DNA of 64,000 nucleotides. Source: Candidatus Nanoarchaeia archaeon (lineage in GTDB: Archaea; Nanobdellota; Nanobdellia; SCGC-AAA011-G17; JACPNG01). This document shows, piece after piece, positions 1-7,924 of the stretch (its first letter is position 1; every line of letters starts with the position of its first letter). The stretch is from positions 49,573-113,572 of the forward strand of contig JAQTOC010000001.1 of NCBI GenBank assembly GCA_028713535.1, written 5' to 3'. The translations under genes and the position numbers were made by a program. The notes beneath the pieces were generated by a model that saw only the letters and a program-made list of their open reading frames with translations, searched no databases and was not told the DNA's origin.

Positions 1-2
1 TA

Positions 3-122
3 ATCAGTAGAGAATTAAATATACCTTGCATTGTTGGAGTGCATGGAATAACGAGTTCGATAAAAGATGGAGATATAATTGAAGTGGATGCAAACAAAGG
101 TATTGTCAGGAAATTAAAATGA
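3..122 (+). CDS. C-terminal fragment (5' partial) of PEP-utilising-enzyme mobile (swivel phospho-His) domain protein, paralog 0
   Basis: Frame-3 translation ...ISRELNIPCIVGVHGITSSIKDGDIIEVDANKGIVRKLK* matches the C-terminal end of the PEP-utiliser domains in the downstream paralogs; stop overlaps next ATG (ATGA). Confidence 0.55.
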   Translation: MSRELNIPCIVGVHGITSSIKDGDIIEVDANKGIVRKLK

Positions 123-1186
123 AACTCATAAAATATCTCACTAGGGATTATAGTCTACTTGAGCATAATCTTGTTATAAAAACTCTTCTTAAGGACAACC
201 CGGAAAACGAAGGAATATATTATAATTCTGTCGTAGACGTATTTCAGAAAGGATTTATGGATATTTATGTCCATGGAGAAGATGTTGAGCACAACAAGAA
301 ATTCATTCTGGATAATGTAACCAGAAATAAATTATTTTTGATAAGTAAGGTTGAGGAAGGGATAGCATTAGCAAAGGAATTGGTTAATCTTCCTATGAAC
401 TTGCCAAATAAAATAAAGGAGATGATTGATGAGGAAATTATTAATGAATTAGATAGTTTATTTGAAAAGTTACTTGGTTTTGCAACTTCTATTGAACTGG
501 TACATTGTACAGAAAGGTCTGGAGTTAAGCTAAACCAGAAAGAAATCGAGACTATTGCGCAATTTAATGATCTCAGAAAGGAGGCATACTTAAAATATCT
601 GCAGTTTTTTATTTTAGTAACTAACAAGATTGCAAGGAAAAAAGGACTTTTATCCAAAGACTTGTCTTATCTTACTTTTGATGAGATTATTTCTTTTTTA
701 GAAGGAAAACTAAGCAAGAAAACTGTTGATGAGCTTCAGAATAAAAGAAGAATAAAGTATATCATGAGGGTTGATAATGGAAAATGGAAAGTTATTACAG
801 ATAATTTTGACAGGGAGTATGAAAAACTTAAAAAATTTATTTACGAGGACTTGTTAAGTTCTGAGGTTAAAGGTTTACCAATCAATAAAGGCGTTGTAAG
901 AGGAAAGGTTAAGGTTGTTACACAGAAAACACCTTTTAATGAAATTCCAAAAGGGAGGATCATTGTGACCTATCAAACAAAACCAGATATGGCGCCTTTT
1001 CTCAGGAAATCAATTGCGATAGTAACAGACGAAGGTGGGATTTTATGCCATGCAGCAAACTTAATCAGGGAATTTAAGATAGTTGGGATTGTTGGAACGA
1101 AAAATGCTACGAAAGTTTTTAAGGATGGAGATTTGATTGAAGTTAACGCAGATAACGGAACAATAAGGAAGATAAAACAAATTTAA
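119..1186 (+). CDS. PEP-utilising-enzyme mobile-domain protein (C-terminal swivel phospho-His domain; N-terminal ~260 aa of unknown function), paralog 1
   Basis: C-terminal motif IVTDEGGILCHAANLIREF...VGTKNATKVFKDGDLIEVNADNG = PEP-utilisers signature (TDxGGxxxHAAI[VI]ARE). Confidence 0.65.
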   Translation: MKLIKYLTRDYSLLEHNLVIKTLLKDNPENEGIYYNSVVDVFQKGFMDIYVHGEDVEHNKKFILDNVTRNKLFLISKVEEGIALAKELVNLPMNLPNKIKEMIDEEIINELDSLFEKLLGFATSIELVHCTERSGVKLNQKEIETIAQFNDLRKEAYLKYLQFFILVTNKIARKKGLLSKDLSYLTFDEIISFLEGKLSKKTVDELQNKRRIKYIMRVDNGKWKVITDNFDREYEKLKKFIYEDLLSSEVKGLPINKGVVRGKVKVVTQKTPFNEIPKGRIIVTYQTKPDMAPFLRKSIAIVTDEGGILCHAANLIREFKIVGIVGTKNATKVFKDGDLIEVNADNGTIRKIKQI

Positions 1187-1199
1187 AGCAAAAAAGATA

Positions 1200-2492
1200 T
1201 TGAATATGAACAAATTTTTGGAAGAAGTAAGGAAATTAGACTGGGAGGAGTGGCTGGAGAGGCATTCCAGCCCGTTGGTTACCTCTCTTTTCATAGATGC
1301 AGGAAGGGAAAACTCTTTTAAAAAGATTGGAATCCCAAACATGGAAATCAAAGCAATGTTATACCAGGAGGGGAGGTGGTATGAGTACGGGGCTTTATGG
1401 GAAACCTTTAACAAACGAACGAATAGTTATCTTAAGAAACACACTATCTTTGACATTACCAATGATCTTGATAAATTCTATAAAAGCAAAAAAAGAAGGC
1501 TTAAAATTTTAGCTAACAGTAAAAAGTTTTCACTTGAACAATTTGAAGAAGTTTATGATATTTTATTGGTTCCTGTATCATATATTCTTTTAGCTCACGC
1601 ATTAGAAAGAGTATATATTAAAAGATTGAATGAGGAAGTCCCCAGGTATGTTAAAAAAGATATTGACAAATTTATCGGGGATGCCAGTTTTCCTGTCAAG
1701 AAAGCGGCATATACATTGATGGAGGAAGCAATACGTAAAAATGTTAATACTAAAAAAATCATTGAGGAATTTGGATGGTTGAAAACAAGAGGCATCTCTG
1801 ATGAACCATTTGATGTGAAAGATATAAACAAACTTAAAGCGAAGGTAAATGCGGGAACTCCTTTTAAATCTCCAGAGATCCCAAAACCGCTTAGATCTCT
1901 TTTTGACGAAGTAAAAGAGTTAGTTTATTTCAGGAGTGCAAGAACCGATGTCCTTTATGAATTCTTATACCTGTCTCGATCAATTTTTAAAAAGGTCTCT
2001 AAATTTTACAAGATTCCTTATAATGATTTAGAGAACTATTCAGCCCAGAGTCTGGTAAACAAAAAACCAAGGAAATATCCTTCTGGATTAAACTTTGTTT
2101 TTTATAATGGAGGCTTGTTTGTCAGCGATAAACCGATAGTAAACTCAACGAGTATCAAAGAAAAAGATTTTGTTGAAGGAAGAGTTGTTTATTCAGGAAA
2201 AGCAAAAGGTATTGTTAAGATTGTTAGGACTATTAATGATTTATCTAAGGTTAAGGAAGGAGATGTGTTGGTTGCTCCAATGACTTTCCCTTCTTTTATT
2301 ACAGCTATGAAGAAGTCTGTCGCCTTTGTTACAGATGAGGGGGGTTTAACTTGTCATGCTGCCATTGTTGCTAGGGAAATGAAGAAGCCATGCGTGGTCG
2401 GAACTAAAATTGCAACAAAAGTATTTAAAGACAATGACTTAGTTGAAGTTGATGCTATAAATGGCATAGTTAGGAAGATAAATATTATATAA
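1200..2492 (+). CDS. PEP-utilising-enzyme mobile-domain protein, paralog 2
   Basis: C-terminal FVTDEGGLTCHAAIVAREMKKPCVVGT...DLVEVDAINGIV; same architecture as 119..1186. Confidence 0.65.
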   Translation: MNMNKFLEEVRKLDWEEWLERHSSPLVTSLFIDAGRENSFKKIGIPNMEIKAMLYQEGRWYEYGALWETFNKRTNSYLKKHTIFDITNDLDKFYKSKKRRLKILANSKKFSLEQFEEVYDILLVPVSYILLAHALERVYIKRLNEEVPRYVKKDIDKFIGDASFPVKKAAYTLMEEAIRKNVNTKKIIEEFGWLKTRGISDEPFDVKDINKLKAKVNAGTPFKSPEIPKPLRSLFDEVKELVYFRSARTDVLYEFLYLSRSIFKKVSKFYKIPYNDLENYSAQSLVNKKPRKYPSGLNFVFYNGGLFVSDKPIVNSTSIKEKDFVEGRVVYSGKAKGIVKIVRTINDLSKVKEGDVLVAPMTFPSFITAMKKSVAFVTDEGGLTCHAAIVAREMKKPCVVGTKIATKVFKDNDLVEVDAINGIVRKINII

Positions 2493-2547
2493 GAACAGTT
2501 AAAGCATATAAACAATTATAAATAAAAAATTCTTAAGATTTGATAGG

Positions 2548-3297
2548 ATGGTAAACATTAATGCATTTCTGAGAAAATATGAAAATCTTAAAGGTAAACC
2601 CCTTCGTGATATAATGCCCCGTTTAGCTAAAGAAGGGAGATATCCCATATCTATATCTAAGTCAATGGAGGAGAGGTTGAATGTTTTACAGGTTGAAGGA
2701 GGGGACCGCTTGATCTTGTATAATTTAACTAATCTTTGGTGGAATGAAACCATCGTTACAGGAGATGCAGTTTTTAGAGATCCTTCTTCTGGAAAGTTTA
2801 AGATTGAGTTGTCTTCAAGAACCATGAGAGATATAAATTCCAAAAGTAAAATATACAGGGGGGTTTTAGTTGTTTCTAAGGAGGCATATAATCAGATTGA
2901 AGGACCAGAATTTACTGAAGAAGAAGTTAGTAAATATACTGAAAGGGGCTTGTATTTAGAAGACCTTTCTATTTTCCAAAATCCGATTTTGAATGAATTA
3001 GTACCAAACTCAGAATTACTTGAGAAATATGCAAGGGCAGTTTTTGATGATCTTAATAATAATTTTAAAGGAGATATTATAGATGGGATTATCCCACTTG
3101 GGTTAAGGCGTATACCTGAGCCTGATTGCGGTAAAGATATGTGTTTTGGGAGTTTTTTAACGATAGCTCCAGTTCGCGGATCATTTAGACTTGATCCGGG
3201 TGAACCACGATGTAGCCCGATTATTTCTGAGATTAATTGTGCTAGTTTTAAAGAAAACACAGAGCTATTGTATGGAAATTTCTTTGTTGAGAAGTAG
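2548..3297 (+). CDS. hypothetical protein
   Basis: 249-aa ORF, coding-like composition, no recognisable motif. Confidence 0.4.
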   Translation: MVNINAFLRKYENLKGKPLRDIMPRLAKEGRYPISISKSMEERLNVLQVEGGDRLILYNLTNLWWNETIVTGDAVFRDPSSGKFKIELSSRTMRDINSKSKIYRGVLVVSKEAYNQIEGPEFTEEEVSKYTERGLYLEDLSIFQNPILNELVPNSELLEKYARAVFDDLNNNFKGDIIDGIIPLGLRRIPEPDCGKDMCFGSFLTIAPVRGSFRLDPGEPRCSPIISEINCASFKENTELLYGNFFVEK

Positions 3298-3458
3298 AGC
3301 CAAAGAGCAAACATAAAACAGGGAATACCTTTCTCAATAGTTTTTTAATATGCTCAACTAAACAGAATAAACTCAGATAAACCATTGGAAAAAGTTCTTG
3401 AGGTTTTAATCATTTTATTTATAACAAACTATTTAAACGAACTTTGATTTTCTAATTC

Positions 3459-4274
3459 ATGAGCCTTAAAGAATCTTTAAAAAATAAATTAACCAAGAAA
3501 GAACTTAGTTTAGTTCCAAGGTCTTTTGACCAGATTGGAAACATAGCTATTTTTTCTGAATTTCCTAAAGAATTAAAGAAGAAAGAAAAATTAATTGGAG
3601 AAACTCTAATCAAACTAAATAAAAATCTAAAAACTGCTGCAATCAAATCTGAGAAACATTCAGGAAGATTTAGAACTAAGAAAGTAAGAATTATTGCAGG
3701 AGAAAAAACAAAAGGAACTACACACAAAGAAAGCGGAGTCATTTTAAAGCTTGATGTTGAGAAATGCTATTTTTCACCTAGAACTGGAAGTGAGAGATTA
3801 AGAATAGCTAAACTAGTAAAAAAGAATGAATCTGTTTTGGTGATGTTTTCAGGCATCTCGCCACTGCCTCTTGTCATTTCTAAAAATTCCAAGGCCAAGG
3901 AGATTTATGGAATTGAAATTAATCCTGTTGCACACAAATATGCAGAAGAAAATATTAAATTAAACAAAGTAAAGAATGTTTTCTTGTATAAAGGCGATGT
4001 TAAAAAAATACTGCCTAAATTAAAGAAATTTGACAGAATATTAATGCCACATCCAACAGATGCAGCTTCTTATCTGGACTTAGCATTTAAACACTTAAAG
4101 AAAAATGGAATCTTGCATTTCTATGATTTTCAGGAAGAAGATAATTTTGACAAGGCTGTTGAAAAGATAAAGAAAAAAGCAAAAGGAAAGGTTCTAAGAG
4201 TTGTAAAATGCGGAGACTACGGTCCTAGAATCTACAGAATCTGTGTGGATTTTAGATTTGAGAAATACTTATAA
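3459..4274 (+). CDS. tRNA (m1G37) methyltransferase Trm5 / Taw2-like (Met-10+ family) class I SAM methyltransferase
   Basis: Motifs VLVMFSGISPLPL (SAM motif I), IEINPVA (NPPY-like), C-terminal fold pattern typical of archaeal Trm5/TYW2. Confidence 0.7.
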   Translation: MSLKESLKNKLTKKELSLVPRSFDQIGNIAIFSEFPKELKKKEKLIGETLIKLNKNLKTAAIKSEKHSGRFRTKKVRIIAGEKTKGTTHKESGVILKLDVEKCYFSPRTGSERLRIAKLVKKNESVLVMFSGISPLPLVISKNSKAKEIYGIEINPVAHKYAEENIKLNKVKNVFLYKGDVKKILPKLKKFDRILMPHPTDAASYLDLAFKHLKKNGILHFYDFQEEDNFDKAVEKIKKKAKGKVLRVVKCGDYGPRIYRICVDFRFEKYL

Positions 4275-4296
4275 GTTTAAATTATTCTTAAGAATC

Positions 4297-4623
4297 ATGG
4301 CTTTGGAAGAACTGCAGAGAGAAGTTGATAAGTGGACAGCCCAGTTTACCCCCCAATACTGGCAGGCTCATGAAATTCTGGCGAGATTAATGGAGGAAAC
4401 AGGAGAATTAGCAAGGGAAGTGAACCATTTGTATGGGCCAAAAAAGAAAAAAGACAGTGAGGACAAAAGAGATTTGGGGGATGAGATGGCAGATGTTATC
4501 TTTACTTTAATGTGCTTAGCTAATTCTAAAAATATTAATCTTGATGATGCCTGGAAGAAAATGATGGAGAAGTGCTGCAAGAGAGATAGTGAGAGATACA
4601 AGAAGAGAGAGGATTTAGTTTAG
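4297..4623 (+). CDS. MazG-like nucleotide pyrophosphohydrolase
   Basis: ELQREVDKW...ETGELAREV...LGDEMADVIFTLMCLAN...LDDAWKKMMEK, the EExxE/ExxD MazG pattern; ATG at 4297 chosen over longer ORF. Confidence 0.7.
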   Translation: MALEELQREVDKWTAQFTPQYWQAHEILARLMEETGELAREVNHLYGPKKKKDSEDKRDLGDEMADVIFTLMCLANSKNINLDDAWKKMMEKCCKRDSERYKKREDLV

Positions 4624-4916
4624 TTTTTTCTTAACCAAACGGTGGTTAGATAAAAATATATATTCTGGAGTATACAGATTTTATAGCTGGTGGACAATTC
4701 GGTTGTCCTGAAAAGGATGTATCCATACAAGCCTCTGTCAAGCGCTCAGCTATTAATATGATGACTGGACTATAACTCATCATACGAAACCTGCACTTGT
4801 TAAGCTTCCTTATGGTGCGAATGAGATAACCTTTAAAACGAACCAATAGGTTAAGATTGATATTGGTAGTTGTTTAAGGAACTCTTTCACCGAGTCCAGT
4901 TCCAGCTTATAATAAA

Positions 4917-5063
4917 ATGTTCAAGATAAAACTCAAGAAAAAGGTTTCCAGGAAGAAAAAGAATAAAGGAAGAAATGCTAGTAATAAAAATAAGATTTCT
5001 AAGGTCAAGAAATTAATTAAGCTTGCTAAATCAGGAACCAAGAGAAGAAAGAAGAAAAGATAA
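4917..5063 (+). CDS. possible 48-aa extremely basic (Lys/Arg-rich) small protein
   Basis: MFKIKLKKKVSRKKKNKGRNASNKNKISKVKKLIKLAKSGTKRRKKKR; not in ORF track (below length cutoff); could be nucleic-acid binding or spurious. Confidence 0.2.
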   Translation: MFKIKLKKKVSRKKKNKGRNASNKNKISKVKKLIKLAKSGTKRRKKKR

Positions 5064-5094
5064 TTTAATAAACTTTTTCTGTTTTGTTTAAGGC

Positions 5095-5535
5095 ATGGCT
5101 AACGATAAGAGAGTTGGAGCTGGAATTGGGGTAATGATGCTTAGAAATAATAAGGTTTTATTGGGAAAACGCCACGATAATCCTGGCAAAGCTGATTCTG
5201 CATTACACGGAGAGGGAACCTGGACAATGCCTGGGGGGAGGCTTGAGTTTGGAGAAAGCTTTGAGGATGGGGCTGAAAGAGAGGTTTTAGAGGAGACTGG
5301 AATTAAATTAAGGAAATTTGGAGTTATCTGTGTAAATAATGAAAGACTAAAAGATGCTCATTTTGTCACAATTGGATTGTTTTCAGAGGATTTTGAGGGT
5401 GATCCAAGAGTTATGGAGCCGGATGAAATAACTGAATGGAAATGGTTTGAGCTGGATAAATTGCCTAACAATATTTTTTTCCCAAGCAAGAAGATTCTTG
5501 AGAATTACAAGAGAAAGAAATTTTATATTGGTTAG
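5095..5535 (+). CDS. NUDIX hydrolase
   Basis: Nudix box GGRLEFGESFEDGAEREVLEETGI. Confidence 0.85.
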   Translation: MANDKRVGAGIGVMMLRNNKVLLGKRHDNPGKADSALHGEGTWTMPGGRLEFGESFEDGAEREVLEETGIKLRKFGVICVNNERLKDAHFVTIGLFSEDFEGDPRVMEPDEITEWKWFELDKLPNNIFFPSKKILENYKRKKFYIG

Positions 5536-5588
5536 GCTATCTGATAGGTAACAATTTGCTACGTAGTGACGACGAATAGGTTGAGATT

Positions 5589-5999
5589 TTGTGCAAAAAA
5601 CTATTTAAGTTGCCATGGAATTCTTGTGATATGACTTCCCTTAAAATACTTGAAAAGTTTATTGATGAAAAATATTCAGATTTTGTAGGAGCGATAAGGA
5701 CAGAAGCGAAAAAAATAACTCTTAAGGAAATTATTGCTGAGACAGAAAAGCAGGAGGATTTACCAAGGGATATTGCATCTAAAAAAAATCATGAGTTCAA
5801 ATATGGTGAATCAATTTATTTTAGATTAGGTAATTCTTTTTTTAAAGTATTTGTTGACCCTGAGGTTTTGAGGTTATCATATTGGGATGCTCCTTCTTTA
5901 AAAGAATTCCGTGGATCACATACAAAAAGTTTCTATAATAAACTAACTGATCAGCTCCAGAAAGAGATTGAGCGTTACTTGGATGAATTACCATTCTAA
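5589..5999 (+). CDS. hypothetical protein
   Basis: 136-aa ORF; no motif recognised. Confidence 0.35.
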   Translation: MCKKLFKLPWNSCDMTSLKILEKFIDEKYSDFVGAIRTEAKKITLKEIIAETEKQEDLPRDIASKKNHEFKYGESIYFRLGNSFFKVFVDPEVLRLSYWDAPSLKEFRGSHTKSFYNKLTDQLQKEIERYLDELPF

Positions 6000-6113
6000 G
6001 TGTCTGGGTTAGGGTTGTATAAGTCTGAACAAAGCGGAGATGAGTTCGGCCAAGCTTATTTTATTCTTACTAAATCTTTATTAATTTGTCTGGATTAACT
6101 GTTCTGAAATAAA

Positions 6114-6353
6114 ATGAGTGAAACTTACAAAATTGACAAAGAAACACTTCTTAACCTAGAAGTTGGAGATGTTATAAGATACAATGAAGAAGATATTCCA
6201 ATGACAACTTATTTGATTGTAAGCAGAATTGACAAAGAAAAAGGAGAAATTAGTGGGCAAATGGCTACTACAATAGGAGTTAATGCTATTTCTATAGATG
6301 ATCTTCTTATGAAAATGAATCTAGAGATTGCAGAGTGGCCTGAAGATAAATGA
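6114..6353 (+). CDS. hypothetical small protein
   Basis: 79-aa ORF. Confidence 0.3.
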   Translation: MSETYKIDKETLLNLEVGDVIRYNEEDIPMTTYLIVSRIDKEKGEISGQMATTIGVNAISIDDLLMKMNLEIAEWPEDK

Positions 6354-6461
6354 TTTAGCCCGAATCGAATAGGATTAGGATTCTACGCGTTCGAGTTATG
6401 ATACAGATTTAATATTAGAAAACATAGAAAAAGTGGAGGCCAACCCTCCAAGCCATAAAAA

Positions 6462-6567
6462 TTAATGGCTTAAAAACCCTATCCCCCCGAAAACCACAAG
6501 GATGATCATGACACACAGCCATGTAATCCAATAGATTTTCCAAAGGAAGCCTATTAGATCTCCCATT
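6462..6567 (-). CDS. possible 34-aa hydrophobic micro-protein downstream of the ATPase
   Basis: Minus-strand MGDLIGFLWKIYWITWLCVMIILVVFGGIGFLSH; single TM-like; not in ORF track. Confidence 0.15.
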
Positions 6568-6604
6568 GTGACAATAAACCTGTTTTGTAGATTTATAAAA
6601 TTAT

Positions 6605-7924
6605 TTATTTCTCAAAACCAAATTCTTTTTTAGGAGCAATTGCGTGAGGAGCTTCTCCACCATGCCAGGTAAACCTGGGTCTAATCCTTACTGGATACAA
6701 TCTTTCTGAGTTATCATCCAATAAAATTGCTGAGCCAGCCAATCTTGGCAAGTTATTCAAACTTTTTTGCAGATCTGTAATCAAATAAGACTGCATCATT
6801 GAATTAAGGGCATCAATGTCTGGCTTGGCAGTTAGTCTATGACTTAGAACAATATCTGCCTGAGTTATAACATCCTTGTGAATTTCTCCTGGCTGCTGAG
6901 TAGCTAAGACCATTGAGATTCCAGGTTGACGACCTTCTCTTATTAACTGAACTAAGGTATCTGTTGCAGGAGTTTTTCCTTCTTTTGGAAGAAATTCATG
7001 GGCTTCATCAATTAAAACCCAAACCAAGGGCATATCAAGTTTTTTTTCTTCCTCAAATAATCTTGACCTTGTTTGTATGTCTGACAGTTCTTCTTCTTTT
7101 CTTGAGGTCATTCTTTCTTCAAGAAGTTTTTTGCATATTAAGCCAATAACAAGAGATTTTATTCCCCAGCTTCCGGTTCCTTCTTTATAGCATGAAATGT
7201 CAATTATAGAAACTTTTCCTTTTCCAACTATGTTTTTTATTGGAACGCTTTCCTTGTCAAATAGACCCCAGGTCAAGGCTGCCCTAAACCTGTTTTCTGT
7301 TGCGTCCCTTACATTTTGCTCTGAGCGTTTATCTGATTGTGTTCTTGAAATAATATCATCCATCGAATAATCTTTTAGATTTTCCATCAAATCCTGGATA
7401 ACTCTTTCAATCAAAACTCCTATTGGGGAGTTTATATCAACACTGAAAACATTGCACCAGTCTCCTGCTGTCAACTCAGAAGGCTTTAATGCAAATGAAA
7501 AGTCTGCTGGAATTCCTTTTTGCCTGTAATCATTGAAATAACCTTTTGGAGTGTAAATATCAACATTCAGTCCTTTTGGAGAAATGCCCCATTTTTTTAA
7601 CAAATCTTCTTCTTTCTGGTTTGGATATTTCATTGTCCAGAAAATTCCCATTGTGTCAAAGATTAAAACTGATAACCTGTCTTTTATGTCCTTTGGAAGA
7701 TCTGAAACTTCTTCTGCTATTACACCAAGAGAAAAACTTTTTCCAGAGCCTTTTTTTCCAGAAACTAATATTGTATGGGCGCCGTTTACATCTAAATAAA
7801 CATTGTTAGCAAGGGAGGTAACCTCTCCCATCTTTACATATTGTTTTCCGATAAATATTGTTGCTTCTTTCCCATATTTTTTAAGTTCTGGTTCTGATCT
7901 TCCTATTATTATATCCTGGGTCAT
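6605..7924 (-). CDS. HerA/FtsK-superfamily P-loop ATPase (DUF87 'AAA-like' domain)
   Basis: Walker A GKKGSGKS, Walker B VWVLIDEAHEF, ~440 aa; start overlaps the stop of upstream 1450-aa surface protein (ATGA). Confidence 0.7.
   Translation of the reverse strand: MTQDIIIGRSEPELKKYGKEATIFIGKQYVKMGEVTSLANNVYLDVNGAHTILVSGKKGSGKSFSLGVIAEEVSDLPKDIKDRLSVLIFDTMGIFWTMKYPNQKEEDLLKKWGISPKGLNVDIYTPKGYFNDYRQKGIPADFSFALKPSELTAGDWCNVFSVDINSPIGVLIERVIQDLMENLKDYSMDDIISRTQSDKRSEQNVRDATENRFRAALTWGLFDKESVPIKNIVGKGKVSIIDISCYKEGTGSWGIKSLVIGLICKKLLEERMTSRKEEELSDIQTRSRLFEEEKKLDMPLVWVLIDEAHEFLPKEGKTPATDTLVQLIREGRQPGISMVLATQQPGEIHKDVITQADIVLSHRLTAKPDIDALNSMMQSYLITDLQKSLNNLPRLAGSAILLDDNSERLYPVRIRPRFTWHGGEAPHAIAPKKEFGFEK

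Noticed and set aside
4750-4790. C/D-box sRNA at the ATGATGA inverted repeat
   Set aside because: A C-box-like ATGATGA is present on both strands because of the palindrome, but no D or D' (CTGA) boxes lie at the expected spacing.
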